DNA of 64,000 nt from Oscillospiraceae bacterium (GCA_902802565.1 CADCMP010000001.1:711-64710); one strand, 5' to 3'. Positions 1-8,741 are shown, counted from the stretch's first letter. The notes: a model not told the origin generated them from the sequence alone. Translations and numbers: made by a program.

Positions 1-382
1 ATAGCCTAGTGAGAAACGGACTGCACTGAGTACCGGCTGGAGGGGATAAGAAAAGGATTGCAAAAGGACCTGAAATTGCGGATACAGGTCTGCTGAAATC
101 AATCCCTCACACATAGTGACGTAATAATATCCGAAATCTTGCGACAAGATCTCTTAAAAAAGGGATTATTTCCCAACTCAAAAGTGGAAATAATGGAAAA
201 ACGCCGAAATCTTTTTCTAAAAAAATGGGAAAAACAGGAGTTTTCCAACATATTTCAAATTTTTGTTGCTTGTCTTCCCTTGGGAATCCAGTTACAATGA
301 GGGGCATGAGATGAAGAGGAACAGACGGACTGTTCAGAGAAGGCTTTTTATTATTGCAAAGGCAAGACAGGAGGCTTCTTAG

Positions 383-2062
383 ATGGAAAGGACAATGCGC
401 CCGTATGCAGATGAGCGACTGATTCTGCAGACCGGTCAAGGGGATATTGCGGCATTACAGCGCCTGTTTGAGCAGGTGTATGATGCCGTATACTGCTATG
501 CGCTGTCCATCGTGTGTGATGATTGGACTGCAAAATGCATCACAGAAAAAACATTCCTTGCCGTATGGGAAAACGCCGGGGATTATCATGTGGAAACGAA
601 CGATGCACTTCCATGGATCCTGAATCTCTGTCACTGGCAGGCTAAAACTGCGGAGCCGGTAAAGTCATCTGAACGGAAAAACCCGTTTTCAAAGAGGCTG
701 GAATGCCCCTTTATGAATCAGCTCCTCGAAGGATTACCGTCACGGATGCGACAGGTGGTGATATTGAAAGCGGTTATGGGACTGGAACTGCACGAGATCG
801 CCAAGATCGTCGGCGGTTCTGTCAGTGGAACCGGATATCGGTACACGCATGGGATGATCCGTCTGGAGCGTGACACTTCCGTTATAAAACTTCTCTCCAG
901 TATGGAAGAGGAGCTGTGTCTGGAAGCGTCAAAAGAAATCCCTGAGATGACGGATGGTTTTCTTCGCCAGTGTGAGGAAATCCCTCAGCGAAGAAATCGA
1001 AGCGGCATTATTCGCCTGTCCAGCCGGCTTCAGCCGCTGCGGCTTGCTGCAACAAGCGTTCTCCTGCTGGCTCTGCTGGGAACCGTGGGTGTGTACCACG
1101 CCGTGAACCGGCAGCGATCCGAAATAACGGTTACTACGGAAAACAATATGTCCCTGTCCGTAAACGGGTTGGACCGGGTGCGGAGTGTAGTGGCGGATAA
1201 TGAGAACAAAAAGGCAGGAGCCAATGCAGCCGGATCTACTCTGACGGAAGTGATGACCTCCGTCACCAAAGAGGAATTGGACGATGAAAGCCTTTCTTCC
1301 GACAGCAATAGTATGCTGGTAACAGTACAGGAAGACGACAATGAACGCTCCGAACAGCTGCAGAAACAGGCAGTTCAGACCATTCGGGATACCGCCGACA
1401 AAAAAGGAGTTAACCCGGCGGTTATCATTCAGACACTGAGCGAGAACTCCGAAGAGGAAAATGGAAAAAGTGCTCTGGTCAATGAGCTGAAGGAAGCGCT
1501 TCAGGATTGCAGCGATCAGGGAATCGAAGAACTGTCCATTCAAGATCTGGCTTATCTGTATTACCGGAGAGGCCTGAATCTGGAGTCAGTCAGCCTGCAT
1601 GGTGTTCCCAGTGAGGAAAAGTACCTCAAAGGCCGCGAAGCAGCGGACAAGATCTTTGAAAAGCTGAATTCCGATGAGACATGGGTGGATGTTTTCCTTA
1701 CGGTATGGAACAATCAGCTGGTGTATCAGGTCACGGTTCTGCAGGATGGAGTCAAAAACATCTATGAGGTCAATGCTGAGAGCGGTGATATCGTCTGCGT
1801 TGTGATCGATGACGAGGAGACGGCGGCAGATGTTGCCGCAGAGCCGTCGGAAACCGTTTCGCCACAGCCGAAGAAGGTACAGGATTCCGGCACCTCCGGC
1901 AACACTTCTTCCAAGGGAATTGATTACTCGGATATCGACACCTGGCTCGATCAGGGAAGAAAGATTGTAAAATCCGCAACGTCCTCTGGAAGCACATCTT
2001 CCAAAGTCAGCCGAATTATCCGGGATGCGTCTTTTGGACGGATCAATCTGAATCTCGGCTGA
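383..2062 (+). CDS. ECF-type sigma-70 factor fused to a transmembrane helix and an extracytoplasmic PepSY-like domain (single-polypeptide sigma/anti-sigma-like protein)
   Basis: 559-aa ORF with GGAGG 8 nt upstream of the ATG. N-terminus has a sigma region 2-like stretch (FLAVWENAGDY) and a region 4 HTH (RMRQVVILKAVMGLELHEIAKIVG). Mid-protein hydrophobic helix LRLAATSVLLLALLGTVGVY. C-terminal YQVTVLQDGVKNIYEVNAESGDIV resembles PepSY. Confidence 0.75.
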   Translation: MERTMRPYADERLILQTGQGDIAALQRLFEQVYDAVYCYALSIVCDDWTAKCITEKTFLAVWENAGDYHVETNDALPWILNLCHWQAKTAEPVKSSERKNPFSKRLECPFMNQLLEGLPSRMRQVVILKAVMGLELHEIAKIVGGSVSGTGYRYTHGMIRLERDTSVIKLLSSMEEELCLEASKEIPEMTDGFLRQCEEIPQRRNRSGIIRLSSRLQPLRLAATSVLLLALLGTVGVYHAVNRQRSEITVTTENNMSLSVNGLDRVRSVVADNENKKAGANAAGSTLTEVMTSVTKEELDDESLSSDSNSMLVTVQEDDNERSEQLQKQAVQTIRDTADKKGVNPAVIIQTLSENSEEENGKSALVNELKEALQDCSDQGIEELSIQDLAYLYYRRGLNLESVSLHGVPSEEKYLKGREAADKIFEKLNSDETWVDVFLTVWNNQLVYQVTVLQDGVKNIYEVNAESGDIVCVVIDDEETAADVAAEPSETVSPQPKKVQDSGTSGNTSSKGIDYSDIDTWLDQGRKIVKSATSSGSTSSKVSRIIRDASFGRINLNLG

Positions 2063-2089
2063 TAAGACACAGACTCGCAATGATTTCAG

Positions 2090-2131
2090 TGAGTGATTAT
2101 GGTATAATATCACCGTAATCACTCATTTTTT
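2090..2131 (+). terminator. Rho-independent terminator after the sigma-fusion gene
   Basis: 10-bp stem TGAGTGATTA/TAATCACTCA followed by TTTTTT. Confidence 0.7.
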
Positions 2132-2156
2132 GCATTATTCCGAAGGAGGATGTGAT

Positions 2157-2816
2157 ATGAAGCGTCTGGTTATCTACGGTCTGATCCTGACGATGATTGC
2201 ACTCTGTCTGGCCGGGTGCGGCCGAAAAGGTTCGGACTTTTCTTTTGTGTCCGATGATACAGTCTGGGGAAACGGACAGGAAACTTCCGAGACATCCACA
2301 CCAAAACCGACCAAAAAGGCGAAGAAAGAAAAAAACACGGCAGTATCTCAAGTTCCGGAAGCCAAAGAGGACGAAACCGTAAGGAAAAACGACGATGTCA
2401 CCATTGTGGAAGGGCCGCAGGACGGTTCCGCCAGGAGCACCATCGATACACAGTTCTATTCCGTGTCCGTTCCCAAAGGATGGGAAGGGATCTATACTTA
2501 CGAATTGGACTATCAGCCGCAGGGTGGATACTTTCTGGCATTTTATGAATTGAAGGACCATCAGTCTTTTGGAGGCGGTACGGTGATGACCATCGGTCTT
2601 TATCCGGAAGGAGAAGATTTCTCCTATCTGCCGGATTACAAACAGTATGGGACGCTGACGACACCGGACGGATCATACTCCATCGTCATCCTGTATCCCA
2701 CTGATTTTCAATACACCACCGAGAATGCGTCCGTTTATGAGAAAATGACCGATCAGATTCCGGAAGTTCTGGATTCGATCAAAGCATCCGACGGGTGTGC
2801 GATCCGAAAAGTGTAA
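2157..2816 (+). CDS. Lipoprotein of unknown function
   Basis: GGAGG 7 nt upstream of the ATG at 2157. Signal peptide plus lipobox MKRLVIYGLILTMIALCLAGCG. The track ORF begins 27 nt earlier without an RBS. Confidence 0.75.
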   Translation: MKRLVIYGLILTMIALCLAGCGRKGSDFSFVSDDTVWGNGQETSETSTPKPTKKAKKEKNTAVSQVPEAKEDETVRKNDDVTIVEGPQDGSARSTIDTQFYSVSVPKGWEGIYTYELDYQPQGGYFLAFYELKDHQSFGGGTVMTIGLYPEGEDFSYLPDYKQYGTLTTPDGSYSIVILYPTDFQYTTENASVYEKMTDQIPEVLDSIKASDGCAIRKV

Positions 2817-2840
2817 TTCCGAAAAGGAGAAAGCATAGAG

Positions 2841-3617
2841 TTGAACAAAATCTGGAACAGAATCCTGATTTTAGTGTTTGCACTGATCTTTCTGGTCAGC
2901 GGAGGAATGATCGTGCGATACTTCATCGCAAGCCGGCAGGCAGAACATCAGTATGATCAGCTCGCGAGGCAGGTCCATCAGGCGGAGAAGGACACAGAGA
3001 CCGGAAAAAACGGAATCTCGGAAAACAAGGTTCTCCCGCAGTACCAGAAACTGCTCAAACAGAATCCTGATCTGGTCGGATGGATATCCATTGAAGGAAC
3101 AACGATCGATTATCCTGTGGTCCAGACAAAAGACAATGAACGATATCTGCATCGTGCGTTTGACGGAACAGAAAGCGCACACGGGTGTATCTTTGCCGAT
3201 GCATCCTGCAGCCTGGTGAAACCTTCCGACAATATCATCCTCTACGGTCATCACATGAAGGACGGATCCATGTTCGCCGCACTGGATCAGTATAAAAATG
3301 AATCGTTCTTGCAGGAACATCCCGTGATCTGCTTTGATACATTGTATCGGCAGGGGAGATATGAAGTGATGGCGGTGTTTGTCGAGTCGGTCAACACCGG
3401 CGGCACGTCGGAATTCCGATACTATGAATTTACGGAAGCGGAAAATGAAAAGGAGTTTCAGGATTTTGTCCACGGATGTATTGAACGATCCATCTATACG
3501 ACCGGGGTGTGGGCAGAACCGGGAGATGAAATTCTTACCCTGTCGACCTGTGAATACACGAAGAATAATGGGCGAATGGTAGTCGTGGCCAAAAAGAAAC
3601 TTGAAGATGAGGCATGA
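2841..3617 (+). CDS. srtB: Class B sortase
   Basis: TTG start after GGAG. N-terminal membrane anchor ILILVFALIFLVSGGMIV. Catalytic His context LYGHHM, TLSTC cysteine motif, downstream Arg (GRMVVVAK). Confidence 0.85.
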   Translation: MNKIWNRILILVFALIFLVSGGMIVRYFIASRQAEHQYDQLARQVHQAEKDTETGKNGISENKVLPQYQKLLKQNPDLVGWISIEGTTIDYPVVQTKDNERYLHRAFDGTESAHGCIFADASCSLVKPSDNIILYGHHMKDGSMFAALDQYKNESFLQEHPVICFDTLYRQGRYEVMAVFVESVNTGGTSEFRYYEFTEAENEKEFQDFVHGCIERSIYTTGVWAEPGDEILTLSTCEYTKNNGRMVVVAKKKLEDEA

Positions 3618-3634
3618 ACAATATGTCACGGATC

Positions 3635-3670
3635 AAAACCGGAACTTTTATCATGAGGTTCCGGTTTTGG
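3635..3670 (+). terminator. Rho-independent terminator after the sortase gene
   Basis: Stem AAAACCGGAAC/GTTCCGGTTTT with a U-rich 3' side. Confidence 0.7.
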
Positions 3671-3724
3671 ACTGTTTATGCCGGAATATCACGCCGAAGA
3701 GAGGGCAATTAGTGGCAAAGTCTC

Positions 3725-3753
3725 TTGCAAACAGGCATGTTCTCTAATATAAT
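3725..3753 (+). promoter_or_regulatory. Sigma-A type promoter for the Wzz/phosphatase/kinase operon
   Basis: TTGCAA, 17 nt spacer, TATAAT. Confidence 0.55.
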
Positions 3754-3823
3754 GTAAAAGCAATATTATGTCATCCGTTTCCGAACCTCGGCAACGGAGT
3801 ACAACTGGAATGAGGTATTCGTT

Positions 3824-4561
3824 TTGGAAAATAATATCAACAACACCGAAGAAACCGTAGAGATCGACTTAGGTGAATTATTTCATGTGATCTGGTCTAA
3901 AATCTGGATCATTATCGCTGTGACCGTGGTTTGTGCTGCTATCATCGGCAATGTCACCTATTTTCTCATCGATCCGACATACACGGCATCTTCTACCGTA
4001 TATTTGCTTCCCCGTGAAGGTGAGGCTATGTCACAGGTCGAGATGCAGATCGGAACACAGATGACCAATGACGCTGCAAAACTGGCAAAATCCAAATCCG
4101 TCATCGAGCCTGTGCTGAAGGATCTGAAACTTCAGATGGATTATGAGGAACTTGCCAAGAAGATCTCCGTGGACAACCCCACGGATACCCGATTGATCGA
4201 TATCAGTGTCAGAGATGCCGATCCGCAGATGGCAGCGGATATCAGCAATGCATTGGCGGATTCTCTTTGCGAGCAGGTCGCTACAATCATGAAGACCGAT
4301 CGCCCCACCATTGCGGAACGTGCTGTAGCACCGGATAAACCGTCGGCACCCAGCATGAAGAAGAATGTCGTTATAGCAGCGCTTTTGGGTCTTTTCGCCA
4401 CCATGGCAGTCATTGTGATCCAGTATATTCTGGATGATTCGATTAAAACAGCAGAAGATGTGGAAAAATACCTGCAGCTGAATACACTGGCATCGATCCC
4501 TCTGGAATTCTCCGATGACTCTGAAACCAAAACCCGCAAGAAGATCAGAAAGAAGAAATGA
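3824..4561 (+). CDS. Wzz/CpsC/YwqC-type polysaccharide co-polymerase (BY-kinase transmembrane modulator)
   Basis: 245 aa with two TM helices flanking a periplasmic-type domain. N-terminal motif EETVEIDLGELFHVIW is typical of CpsC/YwqC. TTG start preceded by GAGG. Confidence 0.8.
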   Translation: MENNINNTEETVEIDLGELFHVIWSKIWIIIAVTVVCAAIIGNVTYFLIDPTYTASSTVYLLPREGEAMSQVEMQIGTQMTNDAAKLAKSKSVIEPVLKDLKLQMDYEELAKKISVDNPTDTRLIDISVRDADPQMAADISNALADSLCEQVATIMKTDRPTIAERAVAPDKPSAPSMKKNVVIAALLGLFATMAVIVIQYILDDSIKTAEDVEKYLQLNTLASIPLEFSDDSETKTRKKIRKKK

Positions 4562-5289
4562 GCGGTATGCAGATACAGGGCTTGACAGATACGCACTGCC
4601 ATCTGCTTCCCTATGTAGATGACGGTGCCGAAAATCTGAAAGAATCCCATGCGCTGCTCGCCAGGCAGTGGGAGCAGGGTGTGGAAACCGTGTTTCTGAC
4701 GGTCCATCTCCGGAGAAAGATGTTTGAAACGCCTCAGGAGGAAGTGGAGAAGCAGTTCTACCGTTTGAAGGAGGAGTTCGCCGGGGAGGAGATTCCCGAA
4801 CTGTACCTTGGTCGGGAAAATCACTGTGACCGGCTGTTCCTCCGATGCCTGGAGGAAAATCAGGTGCAGACACTGGGCGGCAGTCCGTACGTCCTTATCG
4901 AGTTTCATGATCACAGTTCGGATGACATCCGTTTTTTTGTCCACGAAGTGAAAAAGAGAGGGATGCTCCCGGTAATCGCCCATTTTGAACGATACCCCGC
5001 AATCCATGCTCATCCGGAACTGGTGGATGAACTGGTGGACCAGGGAGTTTGGCTTCAGATGAATACCGAGGGGATCCTCGGTGAGGAAGGCAGAAAGATG
5101 AAAAAATTCTGCTGGACGATGCTCAAAGAGGAAAAAGTGAAGCTGGTTGCGTCCGATGCGCATCACATGGGATTTCGGGAGCCGAACCTGGGAAAGTGCG
5201 CAGAACTGCTTCAGAAAAAACTGCCCGGAGAACTGTGCCGGGAGATCCTGTTCCGAAATCCGGAGCAGATCATAGAAAGTATCCGATAA
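4558..5289 (+). CDS. PHP-family protein-tyrosine phosphatase (CpsB/YwqE type)
   Basis: N-terminal DTHCHLLPYVDDGA metal-binding motif. ATGA start/stop overlap with the upstream gene. Confidence 0.85.
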   Translation: MSGMQIQGLTDTHCHLLPYVDDGAENLKESHALLARQWEQGVETVFLTVHLRRKMFETPQEEVEKQFYRLKEEFAGEEIPELYLGRENHCDRLFLRCLEENQVQTLGGSPYVLIEFHDHSSDDIRFFVHEVKKRGMLPVIAHFERYPAIHAHPELVDELVDQGVWLQMNTEGILGEEGRKMKKFCWTMLKEEKVKLVASDAHHMGFREPNLGKCAELLQKKLPGELCREILFRNPEQIIESIR

Positions 5290-5307
5290 ATTATTAAGGT
5301 GGCATAT

Positions 5308-6003
5308 ATGGAACGTATTTCATTTAGCAATCAGGACATGTCCTATGCAGTTCGGGAAGAACTGAAAACCCTTCGTACAAACATTCAGTTTTGTGGGGAT
5401 GACAAGAGAGTCATTCTGGTAACCAGCTGTCTGGCCGGCGAAGGAAAATCCACAACGACACAGGAACTGGCACAGACTCTTTCTGAGATTGATAAGCGAG
5501 TACTGTATATTGACGCAGATCTTCGTAAGGAGCGAGACGATAAAAGCGGCTTGGAAGGATCCTTTGAATATGGCCTGACCCATTACCTCATCGGACAGTG
5601 CACTTCCAGAGACTGCATCTATTCCACGGATGTACGCGGTCTGTATGCGGTTCCGTCCGGACAGGTGCCGCCCAACCCGTCAGAACTGCTTGCAAATGAA
5701 CGGATGCAGGTATTGATCAATGAGATGAAAGAAGTCTTTGACTATGTGATCATTGATACCGCACCGCTGGGAATGGTGGTTGATGCTGCAGTGCTGGCTC
5801 CCTATTGTGACGGAGTGATCCTTCTGATCGAATCGGCAACGGTATCCTATCGTTTGGCGCAGGATGTAGCAAAGCAGCTGAAAAACACTCAGTGTCCGAT
5901 CCTAGGTGTTGTGCTCAATAAAGTGGCTCGCGGCAAGGGAAGCTATTACGGATATGGAAAGTATGGCCGCTACGGTGCCTATGGATCCTACGGAGAAAGC
6001 TGA
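5308..6003 (+). CDS. Bacterial tyrosine (BY) kinase catalytic subunit (CpsD/YwqD type)
   Basis: Walker A GEGKSTT, Walker A' VLYIDADLRK, Walker B DYVIIDTAP, C-terminal tyrosine cluster GSYYGYGKYGRYGAYGSYG. ATG at 5308 sits 5 nt after AAGGTGG; the track starts at a GTG 9 nt earlier. Confidence 0.85.
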   Translation: MERISFSNQDMSYAVREELKTLRTNIQFCGDDKRVILVTSCLAGEGKSTTTQELAQTLSEIDKRVLYIDADLRKERDDKSGLEGSFEYGLTHYLIGQCTSRDCIYSTDVRGLYAVPSGQVPPNPSELLANERMQVLINEMKEVFDYVIIDTAPLGMVVDAAVLAPYCDGVILLIESATVSYRLAQDVAKQLKNTQCPILGVVLNKVARGKGSYYGYGKYGRYGAYGSYGES

Positions 6004-6016
6004 ATCCAGAAACAAG

Positions 6017-6056
6017 AAAAAGGTGATTTCGAATTTGGTTCGAAATCACCTTTTTT
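6017..6056. terminator. Bidirectional Rho-independent terminator
   Basis: Stem GGTGATTTCGAA/TTCGAAATCACC flanked by an A-run and a T-run, between convergent genes. Confidence 0.8.
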
Positions 6057-6085
6057 AGCTTTTCCTTGAAAAAACAAAGATGGCT

Positions 6086-6631
6086 TTAATAACGGTTCCG
6101 GGCATCCTCGGTCAAATCCCACTCCAGGAACAGATCCTGCTCTTCCGGCAATCCTTCCGGGCGAAACGGTCCGGAACCTGCGACGGTGAAGTTCATCTGA
6201 CGAAACACATGGATGGCAGGATCATTTCCTTCCCACATGTTGCATCGGATCGCCGAATAACCCATCTCACGGGCCATTTCTCTAGCATACCGAAGAAGCG
6301 ACTTTCCGCATCCCTGACCGGAGAACTGAGGACGGACACATAAAACCTGGAGGACAAGTATCTTTTGATCGGAAGAGGTGGTGTTCCATGAGATACTATC
6401 GTATTCTTTCGGCTGAATCTCCGTAAGGATCATACTGCCGATCAGACGTCCTCTTGTTTCCGCGACATAAAGTTCCTGCCTGTTATGGGCACGATGTGAA
6501 ATTTCCATAGTAGGGAAGACACCGAACTTCCAGTTGGAATATCCGGTCTGCTCCATTTCATGCATCAGCAGATCACGATATGACTGCGCTACTGCGTCGA
6601 GATCCCTTATATCTGCAGGACGAATCCTCAT
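6086..6631 (-). CDS. GNAT family N-acetyltransferase
   Basis: 181 aa with an acetyl-CoA binding motif context VRPQFSGQGCGKSLL. RBS AGAGAGGA upstream. Confidence 0.8.
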   Translation of the reverse strand: MRIRPADIRDLDAVAQSYRDLLMHEMEQTGYSNWKFGVFPTMEISHRAHNRQELYVAETRGRLIGSMILTEIQPKEYDSISWNTTSSDQKILVLQVLCVRPQFSGQGCGKSLLRYAREMAREMGYSAIRCNMWEGNDPAIHVFRQMNFTVAGSGPFRPEGLPEEQDLFLEWDLTEDARNRY

Positions 6632-6741
6632 AGTTGCGAATTCCTCTCTTTGTATTAAGTATGGTTATTATATCACATGATGGAACGGGAACAACCAGAA
6701 CTTTCCGAACAGGAGGAAAAAATGAATTTCACAAAAAATGC

Positions 6742-6793
6742 AAAAAAAAAGACAGTTCCTTCAACCTGACATTTAACAGGAGCCTGAACTGTC
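6742..6793 (-). terminator. Minus-strand hairpin plus U-run inside the AT-rich gap
   Basis: GACAGTTC/GAACTGTC stem with inner CCTG/CAGG pairing, followed on the minus strand by T9. Confidence 0.5.
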
Positions 6794-7144
6794 TTCAAGA
6801 AGACTATAATTGAGTCAACTTGTTTTTGTGGCTTTAATATACCAATAAAAATAAATGATTTCAAAACTAAGTGAAAAAAACATCAAATTGGTCAAAATGT
6901 CACCAAAATAGGTTTTTTCTCATTCTAGGGCCCGAAAAGTTCAATCTGGAAAAGTTGAATTTCTTCCAAAAAACGCAGTTTTTCCGCTGAAATGATAAAA
7001 ATTTACATAAAAAAATCATAAAATTTTATAATTTTTTGTTTTCGTTATTTTGACCACAATATCTTGTGCTCCGGACAAAATAACACCACAAAACTTAGTT
7101 TACATAATTTCTTGACCGAATAAAAAAACTTTGAACCATAAGAA

Positions 7145-7711
7145 TTATTTCATCATGGCTGCCATTGCCGCCCTGCAGGCGGCATCCAGCTGACGTGCCA
7201 TTTCATCAATATCTTCTTTCATATCATTTTCCAGCCAATTGCGGACGGCGGAAACACATCCACCGGAACAGTACTGGAAGATCTGTTCCAGCTTGGAATC
7301 CGGAGCTTTCAGGCCGGCTCTCCGCCATTCGGCATAAGCCGTATTGTTTGCCATGCGAACGATGCGGAGAAGACTGTCGCTTTCGCTGTTCACGGAAAAG
7401 ATGATGCGGCAGATATCCGCGTTTCGCTGAAAGATCGTACAACTCTGCCGAACCAGTTCTTCGATGGTGTGATAGTGAAAATGCTCCTCAAATGCCAAAG
7501 TCAGATCTTTCAGAATCTCATCCTCCATTTCGTGGAGGATATCTTCCGGAGCACGGTAATGTGAATAAAATGTATTTCGGTTGATGTTAGCTCTCCGGCA
7601 CAGTTCTGTCGGTGTGATCTTATTGATGGATTTTTCCTCCATCAGAGAAAGAAGAGCATCCTTCAGAATTTTTTTTGTCAGCATGACACGCTGATCGGTG
7701 GAGTTCGCCAT
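7145..7711 (-). CDS. TetR/AcrR family transcriptional regulator
   Basis: N-terminal HTH (INKITPTELCRRANINRNTFYSHY). The ATG at 7711 is preceded by AGGAGG; the track ORF extends 34 codons further without an RBS. Confidence 0.85.
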   Translation of the reverse strand: MANSTDQRVMLTKKILKDALLSLMEEKSINKITPTELCRRANINRNTFYSHYRAPEDILHEMEDEILKDLTLAFEEHFHYHTIEELVRQSCTIFQRNADICRIIFSVNSESDSLLRIVRMANNTAYAEWRRAGLKAPDSKLEQIFQYCSGGCVSAVRNWLENDMKEDIDEMARQLDAACRAAMAAMMK

Positions 7712-7854
7712 AATAACCTCCTGGACAGAAAATGCAATAGTTGTATTTTGTCGAACACTGTGTCCAGTATAAACTACCTGGGGCGGAAAGAAAAGAATAC
7801 GATGATAATTCATATTACAGGGTCATGTACATGGCCCCACAACAAGATTGTTAA

Positions 7855-7927
7855 TTATCGAACAAAATAGGAGGAGTATGTTCGATAACGTGCTGTTTTA
7901 TATCGAACTGACTGTTGATTATCGAAC
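7855..7927. promoter_or_regulatory. Array of four TATCGAAC boxes (candidate TetR operator)
   Basis: TTATCGAAC 7855-7863, inverted GTTCGATAA 7880-7888, TATCGAAC 7901-7908, TTATCGAAC 7919-7927. They lie in the divergent intergenic region next to the TetR gene. Confidence 0.5.
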
Positions 7928-8207
7928 AGATTGTTAGTAAAATAATTCTAGCATTTTAAATGCATCTATAGAATAGTAGAAGACTTGCTTGTTGCTGTCC
8001 TGGCTTACAATAAATCGGACGGCATATCAAGAACGCTTTCAGTTGTGATATACTTATATGGTCCTCGGCTCGATGAGAGGTGAACCGGAGGACCGTGTTT
8101 GGTACGTTTAACGGACGAACAACGCGGATGACATGAGGGGTTTCTGCAGTAGTGTATCACAGTTGTCGCTGCCTGTCCTTTCAAGTAGAGGGGGAAGACG
8201 GGCGGCT

Positions 8208-8252
8208 GCGGAATTCCTGTATTTAGCTACTTCAGGAATTCCGCATTTTTTA
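8208..8252 (+). terminator. Perfect 12-bp hairpin plus U-run directly upstream of the membrane-protein start (leader terminator/attenuator)
   Basis: GCGGAATTCCTG (8208-8219) pairs with CAGGAATTCCGC (8233-8244), followed by ATTTTTTAT. The next ATG used as a start is at 8268. Confidence 0.65.
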
Positions 8253-8267
8253 TGGGGACGAGACGGA

Positions 8268-8741
8268 ATGGACAGGATATCGGAAAAGAATAGATACTCT
8301 TTTTTGCTGGCGATAATGGATTTCCTGCCAGTGCTGCTGTTCGGAATTTCATGGATCCGGATCATACAGCGGGGAGGAGGGTTGCTTGCCGCAATCGGTA
8401 TGGCAATGATCTTTTTCGGCGGTTTGAGTAAAGCGATTTGGAAAATGTATGTGGTTCAAACCGGAAAGGAATACGGTACGCTTCAGAAATTGTTTCGTAT
8501 CCTGATGCCGGCGGGAGGGACACTGGCTCTCGTCGCGGCGATACGATGGTGCTGTTCTGCACCTTGGCATCTCATTATTTCCCGCTCTGTCTGGATTCTG
8601 CTGGCAGGTTTTGTGCTGGGGATGTTCCTCATGGGAATCTGGGGAAGAACACTGGATGACAGCCGAAAAAGCACATGGATCAAGGAATTGACAAACCTGA
8701 TCGCACAGAGCTTTCTCCTTTGGTTTGTTATGGTTTATTGA
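8268..8741 (+). CDS. Small polytopic membrane protein, unknown function
   Basis: 157 aa with about four hydrophobic helices. Start chosen after the 8208-8252 terminator hairpin. The weak RBS makes the start uncertain. Confidence 0.6.
   Translation: MDRISEKNRYSFLLAIMDFLPVLLFGISWIRIIQRGGGLLAAIGMAMIFFGGLSKAIWKMYVVQTGKEYGTLQKLFRILMPAGGTLALVAAIRWCCSAPWHLIISRSVWILLAGFVLGMFLMGIWGRTLDDSRKSTWIKELTNLIAQSFLLWFVMVY

Noticed and set aside
107-533. Minus-strand ORFs 107-439 and 351-533 at the window start.
   Set aside because: They overlap the promoter, RBS and 5' end of the sigma-fusion gene. They have no RBS or motifs and a low-complexity composition.
6031-6046. GGTTCGAAATC string resembling a tRNA T-arm. 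A similar CGGTTCGAATG occurs at 15019.
   Set aside because: The first is one arm of a terminator palindrome and the second lies inside coding sequence. No acceptor, D or anticodon arms can be built around either, so no tRNA is called.
6722-6769. 15-codon ORF (MNFTKNAKKKTVPST) with a perfect AGGAGG RBS on the plus strand.
   Set aside because: It has no downstream plus-strand gene to regulate. Its Lys-rich sequence is just the A-run of a minus-strand terminator. It is mentioned only as part of the AT-rich island finding.
8133-8267. In-frame 45-codon N-terminal extension of the membrane protein, as listed in the ORF track.
   Set aside because: The extension has no SD and would have to encode a perfect 12-bp hairpin plus U-run (8208-8252). 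That structure is far better explained as a leader terminator. The ATG at 8268 is used instead, though its own RBS is weak.
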